Below are positions 42,178 to 53,800 of a stretch of DNA of 64,000 bases, in pieces; the stretch's first letter is position 1, and each line of letters starts with the position of its first letter. The position numbers and the translations under genes were made by a program. This stretch comes from a virus (Duplodnaviria > Heunggongvirae > Uroviricota > Caudoviricetes). The stretch lies in the IMG/VR virus record IMGVR_UViG_3300021387_000074. One strand, 5' to 3'. The notes under the pieces are model-generated. The model did not search any database. It was not told the DNA's origin and saw only the letters and a list, made by a program, of their open reading frames with translations.

Positions 42178-44245
42178 CGAAAACTATAAAGGACAAGCCA
42201 ATAATGAATATGCAATATACCAGACACTTGATAATGGTAGAACCTGGACACCACTTGATATTGAAGTAGGTAAAAGCCTTACTTTATCAGACAGAATTAT
42301 ATACGGTTCTACAAGCAATCAAGGACTTAGATACTCAGACGATGAAGGAGTTACAATAGTTCCATCTGACCATCCAAGTGGAAACTATGACGGCATTACT
42401 TATGTAGATGAAACCCCTAAGAAAGTATACGCTCATAATATAGATACTGGAATGTTACTAGTATCTACCGAAGAAGGAAAGGACGGTATAGGTTCTGAGT
42501 GGGCAGAAGTTTGCAACATCCCAGAAGGAGATATAGATAATATAAAGGTTGTAGACGGTAAGGTTTATATAAAGACTAGTGACGGTTTAACAACTATTGA
42601 AAATAGTAATGTAGAAACTTTCCCAACTGCTAAACTGGAAAACGGAGAAATAGTAAGTGATAATTTAGACTCTTCTGATTATCCAGGAATTCTCGTTTAT
42701 ATTCTTAACTGTATTCTTCTCCCAAAACTAACAGTCAACCTAACTGGTATAAAAGACCCAAATGAAATGTCTCAGTTCTTAGACGGTATAACATATGGAA
42801 ACTTAAGCTATAACTCTTTCTTCTCTAATAACCAATTATTTAATGGCGCTTCAACTTCTAAAGACTGGACAGAAGATGATTATAGATCTTTACTAGGAAT
42901 GTTTCCTATAGAACTTAAGACAGAAAGCTTCTTAAATTCAGATTATATCGACCCAGATACTCCTATTCTTTTAGGTAATAATAAAATTGATAACTACCCA
43001 ACTCTTAAAAGCACATTAGATATAATTGATAAGATACTAACAATTAAAAGAGAAAACGCTATTAAGAATATGGCTAAGAGTATAGCAGAAGTCGGCCTAG
43101 AGGAACCAGAAGTTCAAGCACTTGAAGATTTAGATTTGAGCCCAGAAGAATATGAGAACGCAGTTTATATGCAGAAATTATTCTTAGATGTTCAGAAGAG
43201 TTCCATAGTTTCTATTATGAGCACAGCTTTAAACTCTATTTATACTTTCGATACTGGTAGAAAAGTTGCATTGCTTAGAGCCGCTATCTATGAAACAGTA
43301 AACAGAAGCGCTGGTGCGGTTCAGTATCAATTAAAGAATATAGAGAAGAAATTGGATAACCCAGATTTCACAATTACAGATAATGACTTATCTCTAAACT
43401 ATGATTTCTCTACTGGGCTAGAAACCGCTTTATCTAATTACTTTAATATAATCTTTAATAACATAGGTAAATATTTTGACGAGTCTACTTCAGGTAATAA
43501 AGAGGCCGCAGCAGTTTGGTATAAAAATGATTTTAGAGAAGACGCCCTAAGCGATTTACGCTCTACAGTTAAGACAATTAGTTTTAAATTTGAAGACGTT
43601 TTGCCAGAAGGTTTTAAAGAGTCAATCGAATCGGGTTTGAGAGAGGCCATTGAATACAATAAAACACGCAATGCCTTTATCTCTGAAATAGAAAGTATAC
43701 TTACTGATGAAAGTGTTAATAGTATAGACACAAGTGTAATCGTAAATAAAGATTTTGCGGACGGTGTTAATGCTATACAAAATCTAACTAAAAGAGAAGA
43801 AATAATAGACGCTCTAAACAATATAAAATACAAGTCTTATGAATATACAAACGTAGAGAATATAAAATCTCTTACAAAACAATATATAGAGAACGTTTAT
43901 AATTACTTAGTAGATAGAATTAAAGCCATTTTAGATGAAATAAAGTATGAAGAATATAATACAAATGAAGATGAAGATAGTAATAAAGACAGAGAAGCTT
44001 TAGAGATAGCCCTTATAGAAAAGTTTAAGAGTAGAGCCTTAGAGTTATTAGAAGTAATTTTTAATAAACATTTAGACAATATAGAGAGTGGCTATGACTA
44101 TTACTATGAAATGATAGATAGAAAAATAAAAGAAAGTCTTAATGGTGGTAGTATAGATAATTTAGATAAATACCTTAAAGATATTGGTAGTAATAATTTT
44201 ATATTACTAAAGAGTGCTTGGCTCAGTATGTGCGGGAGAATATAA
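42170..44245 (+). CDS. Putative virion protein with N-terminal Asp-box-like repeats
   Basis: YQTLDNGRTW, RYSDDEGVT; TTG start after SD GAGGAG; acidic helical C-terminus. Confidence 0.6.
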   Translation: MNNENYKGQANNEYAIYQTLDNGRTWTPLDIEVGKSLTLSDRIIYGSTSNQGLRYSDDEGVTIVPSDHPSGNYDGITYVDETPKKVYAHNIDTGMLLVSTEEGKDGIGSEWAEVCNIPEGDIDNIKVVDGKVYIKTSDGLTTIENSNVETFPTAKLENGEIVSDNLDSSDYPGILVYILNCILLPKLTVNLTGIKDPNEMSQFLDGITYGNLSYNSFFSNNQLFNGASTSKDWTEDDYRSLLGMFPIELKTESFLNSDYIDPDTPILLGNNKIDNYPTLKSTLDIIDKILTIKRENAIKNMAKSIAEVGLEEPEVQALEDLDLSPEEYENAVYMQKLFLDVQKSSIVSIMSTALNSIYTFDTGRKVALLRAAIYETVNRSAGAVQYQLKNIEKKLDNPDFTITDNDLSLNYDFSTGLETALSNYFNIIFNNIGKYFDESTSGNKEAAAVWYKNDFREDALSDLRSTVKTISFKFEDVLPEGFKESIESGLREAIEYNKTRNAFISEIESILTDESVNSIDTSVIVNKDFADGVNAIQNLTKREEIIDALNNIKYKSYEYTNVENIKSLTKQYIENVYNYLVDRIKAILDEIKYEEYNTNEDEDSNKDREALEIALIEKFKSRALELLEVIFNKHLDNIESGYDYYYEMIDRKIKESLNGGSIDNLDKYLKDIGSNNFILLKSAWLSMCGRI

Positions 44246-46165
44246 ATGGGAAGAACTTATAATAGTGAATCGGCTAGAAGAATTGGTTCTGCTGATAAGT
44301 TGAAATTTATAAAAGATTATTATGATGAGAGAGAGAATATACGGGTTCGTGGAAGTTCTACTCTTAGTAATTTATATGATGAGAACTATGATGACACAGT
44401 GCTTAGAAATGTATGTTTAGAGTGTGCCTCGCAAATCAGAGATGCTTATTATGAAGGTGCTGAGTTGGTTGGTATGACTATGGATACTGGTAATCCTGGG
44501 TATACTTGGGTAGAGGCTAGTAGTTATTATCTAACTGGTTATGCGCCTGGTGTTAGTGAAGTTAGGGGGCTAGACAATACTCTTTATAATTATCCGCTTA
44601 AAGACTTATGTGGAATATGGGATATGTTTAAGAAATATTCTTCTAATAGAAATGAAGAGATGACTTCTTGGGCGGCTTTAAAAGTATTTGATGATCACTT
44701 TGCTCGTGTAAGACAAATAACAAAATACACACAGAAATATGAAACCGTTATGAAAGATGCGAATCTTAGTGGTGGATTACTAAGGGGATATAGTTTAAGT
44801 AAGAAGTACGAAGTTGTAGTAAAAGATACAGAGTTCAAACAATGGGATACAGATCCTAAGCCTATACTTCCTAGTATCTCAGACTTTAGGGGCTTAGTAA
44901 GTATGAATGGTAATTCTAAATCTGTTGTAAGCCTTTGCGATTCGCTAACTTATATGATTGCTAACATTAGTAGTTCTGAACCTAGTTGGGGAAACAAATT
45001 ACTTATAAGTTCTTATACTGGTTCTAATAGTTATGCTGATGCTATTGCGGAGAATCTTACAGAGGCTGAGGCTGATACATTAATAGCTGAACTCCCAGAG
45101 TATTTAACATTTGAAGACGGGTATTTATTTATTAATGGAAAGAAAATAAGTGTAAAGAAAGAAGTACAGACTCCTGGAGATATAAAGAATCCATACGCTA
45201 ATAATTTTAACACTGCTAGTCCAGATATAAAGAAAGAGATTTATAATTATTACCCAGAGATATATAGGGATAATATCTATAAAGTAACTGTTAGGGTATT
45301 TGTAGAACAAAAGACTAATTATGTTGATGAGCCAAACAGTGCGAGAATTCCTTATAAGAGAAGAATTAGTGATGCGGGAATACAGAGTTCTTGTAAAGAT
45401 TTACAGCGGGCCCTAGAGAATGCTTACTCGGTTTATCTAAGTGCTGAACCAAATACAAGATGTGAGACTGGTGAGCCAACTATTTTCTACGAAGACAAGA
45501 TTAACAGAATAAAAAGTGTAGTTAAAAACTCTGGCGCTTCTGCGGAAATACTTCAGAGAGTTAAGGCGTTATGCGGAGAGATAAAAGCTTGGGCTAAGAC
45601 TAGAGGAAAAGACTTATATAAACAAACAATAGATGACAATAATGCTGGTGAATATATAGAGGCTCTTAGAAAAAGACTTGATAAGAATACTGGTACTATA
45701 ATGAGATGGTATCAATCTTTAATAAGTATAGATGAAGAGTACAGAAAAGTACAAAAGAGTTCTGATATGACTAACTATGCTATTAGAGATATGCTTGTAA
45801 CTAAAGCCGTAAATACTGACGACCCGAACTTATTCTTAAATCAGAATTGTCCTAGATACATAGACGTAGAGATGCCAGACTCATTGTATAATACTCTTGG
45901 TTATACTTTTAACAAAGGCGATACTATTTACATTGTAGATGACATTCATTCTGAAGTTGTTTCTAAGGTTGTAAATATAGAAATAATTTCTGTAAGTTCT
46001 ACTGATTATAGTAATGTAAATCTTGAAGATTATAATGGTGGAAAGATGAATGGAGCTATGACTAAATATAAAAACGCATACAGAATAACTCTAGATAAAA
46101 ACTTGCCAAACTATTACAGTAATGGTAATGACGTATCGACTTTAAGGGTTATGAAAATAATATAA
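44246..46165 (+). CDS. Hypothetical (putative baseplate-associated) protein
   Basis: 639-aa ORF abutting the previous stop, just before the gp25-like gene. Confidence 0.65.
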   Translation: MGRTYNSESARRIGSADKLKFIKDYYDERENIRVRGSSTLSNLYDENYDDTVLRNVCLECASQIRDAYYEGAELVGMTMDTGNPGYTWVEASSYYLTGYAPGVSEVRGLDNTLYNYPLKDLCGIWDMFKKYSSNRNEEMTSWAALKVFDDHFARVRQITKYTQKYETVMKDANLSGGLLRGYSLSKKYEVVVKDTEFKQWDTDPKPILPSISDFRGLVSMNGNSKSVVSLCDSLTYMIANISSSEPSWGNKLLISSYTGSNSYADAIAENLTEAEADTLIAELPEYLTFEDGYLFINGKKISVKKEVQTPGDIKNPYANNFNTASPDIKKEIYNYYPEIYRDNIYKVTVRVFVEQKTNYVDEPNSARIPYKRRISDAGIQSSCKDLQRALENAYSVYLSAEPNTRCETGEPTIFYEDKINRIKSVVKNSGASAEILQRVKALCGEIKAWAKTRGKDLYKQTIDDNNAGEYIEALRKRLDKNTGTIMRWYQSLISIDEEYRKVQKSSDMTNYAIRDMLVTKAVNTDDPNLFLNQNCPRYIDVEMPDSLYNTLGYTFNKGDTIYIVDDIHSEVVSKVVNIEIISVSSTDYSNVNLEDYNGGKMNGAMTKYKNAYRITLDKNLPNYYSNGNDVSTLRVMKII

Positions 46166-46172
46166 AGTTAAC
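46165..46172 (+). promoter_or_regulatory. Late motif variant AAGTTAAC (leaderless)
   Basis: AAGTTAAC-TGT-ATG, no SD. Confidence 0.55.
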
Positions 46173-46175
46173 TGT

Positions 46176-46526
46176 ATGAGTTCAGACAATATTGGTTTAG
46201 GCTTTTATGATGAAAACGGAATAACTTTTCAGACAGAAGGAAAGCATATAATAGAAAACGTTAAAAGAATTCTCACTACACGTCGCGGAGAAAGAATAGG
46301 CAACTTATCTTTCGGAAGTGATGTTTCAAAATATTTATTTATGCCTGACTTAACAATAGATGATTTAATAGCTGAAATCGTTAACAGTATTAAGAGATGT
46401 GAGCCAAGAGTAACTGTTGAAGAGTGTTCTCTATATTCTAGAAAAGACTTTGATACAGTAGTAATAGATTTGAAGCTAAGGCTTAAATCTTCTGGTGAAA
46501 TACTAGAAACAAGTGTAGAGTTATAG
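46176..46526 (+). CDS. Baseplate wedge/sheath initiator (gp25-like)
   Basis: ILTTRRGER...FGS...YLF...IKRCEPRV. Confidence 0.92.
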   Translation: MSSDNIGLGFYDENGITFQTEGKHIIENVKRILTTRRGERIGNLSFGSDVSKYLFMPDLTIDDLIAEIVNSIKRCEPRVTVEECSLYSRKDFDTVVIDLKLRLKSSGEILETSVEL

Positions 46527-46534
46527 GAGTAAAG

Positions 46535-49500
46535 ATGTCAACACAAGTATTAACAGAGTTACCAAGAATACAACAGGCTGGTATGGACTTTGATACAGTA
46601 ATATCAGAAATCAAAGACATACTTGCAAATAATCCAAACTGGGCAGAGAACTGGCCAGAGTTTTATGATTCAGAAGCAGGAACTATGCTTATCCAGCTTA
46701 TGGCATGGGTTATGGATAATATGTCAACAAAGCAAGATGTTCTTGTAAATGAGATGTTCTTATCTACAGCGCAAGACGACAAGAATAAGTTGAAACTTTT
46801 AAAACAGATTGCGTATAATCCTAGACTTGCAAGCTCTTCAAAGGTTGCGGTAAGAATAGATTTCTCAGAAATGCCTACTACATTCACTTACGTTACTCCT
46901 CCAAGAACTATTATATCTAATAGGGTTAATGAGATTTTAAGATTTAATTCTAAAGATATAAATGGTGCTTCTATACCTTGGGAGATACTTTCAATCTCTG
47001 ATGGCAAACCAGACTATCTTGACTCTGTTATAGTAAAGCCAGGACAGATTACATATGAGACAGATAAAAACAACAACACCATTTATGCTTTGCAAGGTGA
47101 AACAAAATATAAAGAGTTTACAACAGAAACAAGCGACGGTGCTTTCTTTGATTTACAAGATTCAAATATAGCTGCGGACTCTATTCAGGTTTATATTACA
47201 AAAACAATGAAGCAACTCATTGAGGTTTCTTCTTTTGTAAATAAAGATGCTTTGGATAAATCTTTACCATATCCATATGTTATAGAAACAAATGAAGACA
47301 GAACTCTTAGATTGAGATTTGGAAACAAGAGTATTTTAAATGAATCAAGACTTCTTCCAGCTGGAACTACTATTTCTGTTTTCTACAGAACAACAAAGGG
47401 TAGTGTAGGAAACATAAGCCCAGGGTTTATGAATGCGGCTGTTTCTTTAAAGGATGATGAGGGTAATTATTGGGGAGCAACAATTACTAATGATTTGCTT
47501 GCTAATGGTGGAACAGATGAAGAGACAATAGAAGACGCAGTACTTAACGGACCACTTTCTTTGAGAACTATGGACCGCGCCGTAACACCACAAGACTATA
47601 ATATTATCCTTGATAGAAACCCTAATGTATTTAAGTCTAAGACTTATACATCTACAAACCAGCCAGATGGTTTCTTGAATTATTATGGTAGATACATTAA
47701 CCCACAAGAGGCTTTCTCTTTAGTTCTTTTAAATAAGAACTACAAAGACGTTCCATCTTCTGAGTATAACAACTTCCCTTGGATTACTTTAACAAAAGAG
47801 CCAAGACTTAATGAGAAGTATGTTTTTGATAGTGGTGATTATGATAGTAATTGTTCATACTCAACTACCTACTACAATATGTCAATCGTTCAGAGAGATG
47901 CTTCGATTAAATCATTTAAAAATGCAACAATTGTTAGTTTGAGTGATGACTTTAATAATGCTTTGTATAATGCAAATGGCTCGGAGAATGCTTTACTTAA
48001 ACTTAAACTTTCTACAGAGAAGATTGCTTCTAACTTCTTTGATGATATAGAATTCAGTCTTGTTTATCCTAACAACTATTCTGGTGCTAGAAATTCTGTA
48101 CTAACAATGGCTAATAACTATTTAGCTGCAGATGATAATGCCAAGTTTGTAACTGCATCTGCTTATGATGCAGCAACACCAATAGACGTAAATAAAGGTA
48201 GATACATAACAGTTTCTTTTGATAATAAAAAAGCAATAACAATTGACCTTTGGGTAGATAGAGGAACTGATGAGTTTGGCGCTTACAACGATTCAGAATA
48301 TTATTTGTTGTGGACAAACACTGGAGATTTAAACGCAAAAGAAGTATGGGGAACAAATAAGACAAAGGTTGCAGCTTCTCACAGAAATGGTATTGTTGAA
48401 ATCATTAACCAGTCTTTAGCACAACTTGAGATTGGAGAGGGGCAGGAGTTTGAAGAATATACAAGCGATACTTCTTATCAGTATTTCAACTTAAATATGG
48501 TAAGTGAATATGCCCCACTTCCAGCATTGCAGAGTGATGCTTACGAGTTTACTCTTTCAGTTAACGGCAAAGATTATAAGTTTAAAATGTCTAATGCTTT
48601 GTGGGTAAATGCTTGGAACGCAATGAACGCAGGTGTTTTAATACCAACAGAGTATAACTGGAAAAGTACAAAAGGTATGGCAATAATGCTTAACTGGATT
48701 TTCCAAGAGAATGGTGGTGAACTTAAAGTATATGACACAACACAAGCCAACTGGGTTGAGCCAGAAGGTTTCCCACTTGCGGGGCTACACGCTGAAAGTC
48801 TTCAGACTTTAATCTTTGATACAGACTCAGACAATGACGACGATACAAACTTTAATAGCGTTTATAATGCTTACGACTTGGCAATCAGAACAGTTGACCC
48901 AAGAATGCTTGTAAATAAAATTTATACAGATAATAATGGTGTTACTCATAACCTAAAAAATGTTTTATGGTTAGACGATAGTTATTATGTTGGCTTTAAT
49001 ATGTTTGGACACACAATTAAAGGAAACGCTAACCAAGCAACTTCCTTGAGAGAGCTTATCCAAGAACCAACACAGGGTGCTAACTATAACAACCTTGCTT
49101 CTTTTGAACTTATCTCAGACGATAGTTCGCTTGGATGGTTTAAACTTACTTCGCCAATTAAAGGAAACTCTTCAAGTATTAGTTTTAGATTTAATAATTC
49201 TAATGGCGGAGATTTTATGAAAGGAGTATTAAACTTATATTTCAATAATAGTGGATACTCTTACAAAGCATATGGTGTTAAGAAAGCATACTTGGTTAAG
49301 AATGACGCCTTGAGAGTTTATATCACACAAGATGGAAATGAAGCGACAATAGAGCAGAGAGTAGATGCTGGTAATGTAATCTTTGAAAACTCTTGTATTT
49401 ATAATACTTATGACTTCACACAAATCTTTGCAAACTTTAAAGTTTCAGAAAGTGATAGTATAGTTCTTGGAAGTGTTTATGACAACTTCTACTACAGCGG

Positions 49501-50797
49501 TAATGAAGCAATAGATTCATTACTTAAGAAAGAAATTGCTGGTATTGTTGGACAGTATATGGGATATACAATACTTGCAAACGGTGTTAAATCTTATTAT
49601 ATAGACGAGAACAAAACAGACCTTGATGTAAGATTTACTTCAAAGCCACAAGACACTAACTCTTTGTACGCTATCAGCTCTGATCTTGATGTTGTAAAGA
49701 GTGATAGAGTAAAACTCCTTACTGCTTGTATCACTGCTCCAATTAACGGAACAATTGTTATGCAGATTGATGACAATGAACCAATAATTGCAGACTTATC
49801 TACTTGCAAAAACGGTACAGAGATAACTGATTTACTCTTGAAACTTTTAAAGAACACAGAAGCTACTTCTGATTTAAACACAAATAGAAATACAATTGTA
49901 AGAAATTCTTACACTTGCTTGAATCAAATACAGATACAGAACCTTAACAGAAATAATGGTAGTATCAAGTTCTCTTATTTGAATGGCACAGAAGAGTCTA
50001 CTAATGATTTAGCATATAGACAATTCCTTGGAACAAACAAGACAAACACAGAGCTATATAACCTTTATCCTATTGAGTCTGTAGATAGTGATTGTGTTAA
50101 ATACATAGACGAAGAGGAATATTACTTCTGCCCTACAAGAGATAAAGACTTAGTATTCAGATACAGAAAGCTTATGGAAGAAATAAATTCTGAAACTGGT
50201 GAGTCAACTATTGTTAGCCGCCCCGCAGACTTCTACATAACAATAGAAGGTGCTTCAAATGGCGACCAGAATTCTTATAGATTTGTTTTGCATAAAACAG
50301 AGAACTCTAGATTCCCAGATACTTATTTCTATGTACACTTTATCAACGACAAATCTTATGACTTTGATAGTAATGGTAAAATAAAAGAAACAGACGAAAC
50401 AATATTACAGTCTTATATGGATAAATATAAAATCTCTGGAACTGATATAACATTTATTTCACCTTACTTTAGAACATATGATGTTGCGGCTACAATTAAA
50501 TACAACGCTAACTTCTCAGAAGCTGAAGTTGTACAGGCTGTAAACAAAGCAGTTGATGATATCTGTAATATAAAATACTCAGAGATTGCTGGTTCTATGT
50601 CAAGAGCGAAAATCTTAAAAGCCATTATGAACTGTGATGGTGTAGAAGATTGTAAGATTACTTACTTTGGCTATGACTACGATGGTGGTTCTCCTTCTAC
50701 AGATACATTAACCGCAGACTTCTATGAAATTCTTTGCTTGAATGATTCTGACGGCTCTTCTTCTGGAAAGATTTTTACATTTGAAATGGTTGGATAA
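46535..50797 (+). CDS. Baseplate wedge protein (gp6/GpJ-like) with large insertion
   Basis: MDFDTV, NEMFLSTAQ, LRFGN, GGTDEET, DRAVTPQDY; C-terminal GVEDC domain. Confidence 0.88.
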   Translation: MSTQVLTELPRIQQAGMDFDTVISEIKDILANNPNWAENWPEFYDSEAGTMLIQLMAWVMDNMSTKQDVLVNEMFLSTAQDDKNKLKLLKQIAYNPRLASSSKVAVRIDFSEMPTTFTYVTPPRTIISNRVNEILRFNSKDINGASIPWEILSISDGKPDYLDSVIVKPGQITYETDKNNNTIYALQGETKYKEFTTETSDGAFFDLQDSNIAADSIQVYITKTMKQLIEVSSFVNKDALDKSLPYPYVIETNEDRTLRLRFGNKSILNESRLLPAGTTISVFYRTTKGSVGNISPGFMNAAVSLKDDEGNYWGATITNDLLANGGTDEETIEDAVLNGPLSLRTMDRAVTPQDYNIILDRNPNVFKSKTYTSTNQPDGFLNYYGRYINPQEAFSLVLLNKNYKDVPSSEYNNFPWITLTKEPRLNEKYVFDSGDYDSNCSYSTTYYNMSIVQRDASIKSFKNATIVSLSDDFNNALYNANGSENALLKLKLSTEKIASNFFDDIEFSLVYPNNYSGARNSVLTMANNYLAADDNAKFVTASAYDAATPIDVNKGRYITVSFDNKKAITIDLWVDRGTDEFGAYNDSEYYLLWTNTGDLNAKEVWGTNKTKVAASHRNGIVEIINQSLAQLEIGEGQEFEEYTSDTSYQYFNLNMVSEYAPLPALQSDAYEFTLSVNGKDYKFKMSNALWVNAWNAMNAGVLIPTEYNWKSTKGMAIMLNWIFQENGGELKVYDTTQANWVEPEGFPLAGLHAESLQTLIFDTDSDNDDDTNFNSVYNAYDLAIRTVDPRMLVNKIYTDNNGVTHNLKNVLWLDDSYYVGFNMFGHTIKGNANQATSLRELIQEPTQGANYNNLASFELISDDSSLGWFKLTSPIKGNSSSISFRFNNSNGGDFMKGVLNLYFNNSGYSYKAYGVKKAYLVKNDALRVYITQDGNEATIEQRVDAGNVIFENSCIYNTYDFTQIFANFKVSESDSIVLGSVYDNFYYSGNEAIDSLLKKEIAGIVGQYMGYTILANGVKSYYIDENKTDLDVRFTSKPQDTNSLYAISSDLDVVKSDRVKLLTACITAPINGTIVMQIDDNEPIIADLSTCKNGTEITDLLLKLLKNTEATSDLNTNRNTIVRNSYTCLNQIQIQNLNRNNGSIKFSYLNGTEESTNDLAYRQFLGTNKTNTELYNLYPIESVDSDCVKYIDEEEYYFCPTRDKDLVFRYRKLMEEINSETGESTIVSRPADFYITIEGASNGDQNSYRFVLHKTENSRFPDTYFYVHFINDKSYDFDSNGKIKETDETILQSYMDKYKISGTDITFISPYFRTYDVAATIKYNANFSEAEVVQAVNKAVDDICNIKYSEIAGSMSRAKILKAIMNCDGVEDCKITYFGYDYDGGSPSTDTLTADFYEILCLNDSDGSSSGKIFTFEMVG

Positions 50798-50803
50798 TAT
50801 AGT

Positions 50804-50847
50804 TCTTTGCTCCTAAAAGTTAATTATAAGATTTTTAGGAGCAAAGA
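50804..50847 (+). promoter_or_regulatory. RBS-sequestering hairpin with late motif AAGTTAAT at its loop
   Basis: Perfect 15-bp inverted repeat TCTTTGCTCCTAAAA / TTTTAGGAGCAAAGA covering SD AGGAG and the A of ATG; motif at 50817-50824. Confidence 0.85.
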
Positions 50848-53800
50848 TGACATTTATAGAGCCTTCTCTAGAAAAGGTATTTCAAACATTAGTAGACAAC
50901 AACGAATTAATAAATCATTTAAAAAGCCAAGATTACTTAGTTACTAAAAGTTCTTTGTATGATACATATACAAGAGAACAAGTACAAGACATGGAAGTTG
51001 CTATTTACACCAACAATGTAAACACTCTTTATGAATTGGCTCAGGTTCTATTAAACTTTTCTGACGAAATAAAAAATAATCAAATATGGTATCTCTTAAG
51101 CCACAAGATTGCTTGGCAAGAAATTAGTGCTTGTATTGGTATAGAACCAAAATATTTAAATCCAGAAACTTATAAACTCATAATGTATACTTACAAGTAC
51201 TGCGTTGTTTCTTCATTCTTCCAGAACAATAAAGATAGATTCATTCCAGAAGCTGACTTCCTTGAAATGGAGAAGAATAGTGTTGGCAGTGCTTTCTATG
51301 ATGCTATGGCTAAAGAGTTTGATAAACTCGATGAAGTAATTAATAAGTGTCTTGAATACAGAGATTATGATACTATTCCTTACGACTTAATAAACTATCT
51401 CACACAGCTTCTTGGTTTTGAGAAGAAAGACATAAATGCCGATACAGAAACAGAACAAAGTTTTAGAGAGCTTGCTAAAAACATATTAGACATATATAGA
51501 ATAAAAGGTACAAACTATTCATTTGAATTATTCTTTAATTTCTTAGGTTTCAATATTAAAATAAGTGAATACTATTTTGATAGACGTTTGTATTACACAA
51601 CAAGTAATGCTGGTAACGAAGAAACAGAAACTTCTAACAATGCTGAGTTTGAATACTATTTGACAACTGTAAATCCAGCTGACAACAAATTGCCAAACAT
51701 TGGTATTAGTGAGATTGTTTCTCCTAGCGATATAACACCTCAGTATTCCCTTCTTGAGTTTAATAAACTCTGCCAAGAATACGGCCCAGCCGCTGTTCTT
51801 GGTTATTCTCCAATTTACCCAGTTTATAACAGTAATGGTGATTTAATAGAATACAAGAAATACGAAGGCAAAGTTTATAAATACTTTAAGACTAATGTTA
51901 TATACTACACAGTTGGTGTAGATATGAGCAATCCTACAGAGAAACAATTAACTGCCGTAACTAAATATTTGGAGTTCTTAACACCTTCATACGTTATGAG
52001 AACTATCAAGGTAAATACTTATAGTGAGAAATCAGAAGAGCCTATAGGATTTGACGGCGATGGTAATGAAACTCCAGATGCTTATGGAAACTATAATGCA
52101 TTCCAAATGCTTGATAGTGAAGACTGGTCACAGCATTTTAAAGATGAATATACGTCTAGTTCAACTAGCGGTTTGCTAAAAGTAACAGACGAAAACAATT
52201 ACGACGGAAAAGAAGAAACTTATAAGACTTACACAAACTCTGTTGGAACAAATAAATTCAGATTGCCACTCGGAAGAAAAACAATATCTAAATCTGTTAG
52301 TAGATATTTGCATGGCGGCGATGGTGTTAATAAGCCAGGTGCTAGAAGATTGAAGTTCTATATCCTACATACACTTGATGGTGTAGAAACTGACGACTGG
52401 GGCGCACAAAATGTTATCATAGCACCTTATTATACAGTTCCACCATTCGTTGGCGCTGAGAACTATACAACTATCAAAAATGCTTGGGATAAACCAACTA
52501 AGAAAATAAACTTAACTGGTGGTGATGGTGAAGGTGGAGAAGAATGTTTAAAGACTCAAATCAGAGATGCTGATTTGAGAACTGCCGTTAATTATGTTAC
52601 AGATAAAACAATTGATGATTTCATACAAGAGGCAGAGTTTAATGAACTTAAATATGGTAAAACATTCGCTAAGAAACTTGTAAAGGTTAGAACTATTGCT
52701 TATGGAACTGGTAAATATAAAAGCGCTTATGATGCTTACTTATGGGAATTTAACCAGAACAATACTCACATTTGTAATATAAGTTGCCCATTCGGAACAT
52801 TTAATAAAGAAATACTTCATAAAGATGAAACTGCTTCTAACAAATCAACATTTGACACAGAACTATATGAAGATTCTTTAATATCTAATTATAGCAAGAA
52901 TGATATCCTTAAGAACCTAAATTTCGGTGACTATGTTTTAGGATACTCTGGTGATTTAAATAGTGGTAAATTAAATCTTTACAGATATGGATATACTCCT
53001 TACCCAATCGCTGGTGATAGCAATCAGTATGCCGCTACTTATCTAAATTACTTGAATAGTTTTGAGTATGAAGTAAAGAAAGATTATAATGGAACACTTA
53101 GCAATGTTGAAAGTGTTAATCTTCCGACTAGTTATATAACAAAGCAAACTGTTTTGGAAGCACAGCAGTATGTTGATCAACTTAGAGAAGGAATGATAGA
53201 GGCGGCAAATAGCAAGCCACAAAGTGACTGGCTGCCTTTAGATTATATAACAAGCAAGTTGTTCTACATTGCTGCAGATGGTGAATACTACAGAGCTGTT
53301 AAGGTTCCAGCTTATAATGGTATTTCTAATAACACATACCCAAGTGGAAAAAATCACAACTTCTCAACATTGAATGAAGCTCTTACATACTTCAATAACA
53401 ATCCAGATGAGAAAGTAAATAATGCAGAATTCTATGTTAGTTCTACAACAGATAAAGGTTTATATACATTTAAGTATAAGAACAGAATTAACGGTTGCTT
53501 GATATACTCTACTGCAGATGAGAAACTTTATTATGTAACTGGTTCTTCAAGACAAGATATTAAAGAGATTAAGAATTGGTTCGGAAACCTTTCTATCAAC
53601 TCTTATGTAGAAGACTCTGATGGAGAATATTATGAAGACTCTAATGGTCTTATGAATAAATATGTTAATGGAGTAACAGCTAGTAAACGCTATTCTCTTT
53701 CTGCAAATGGTAATATCGTAAAAGCAGAAATAAATAAATATGATTACTATTGGAAAGGTTATGACGAAGCAGCCGACGAAGAAGATTTTATCTTCTACAA

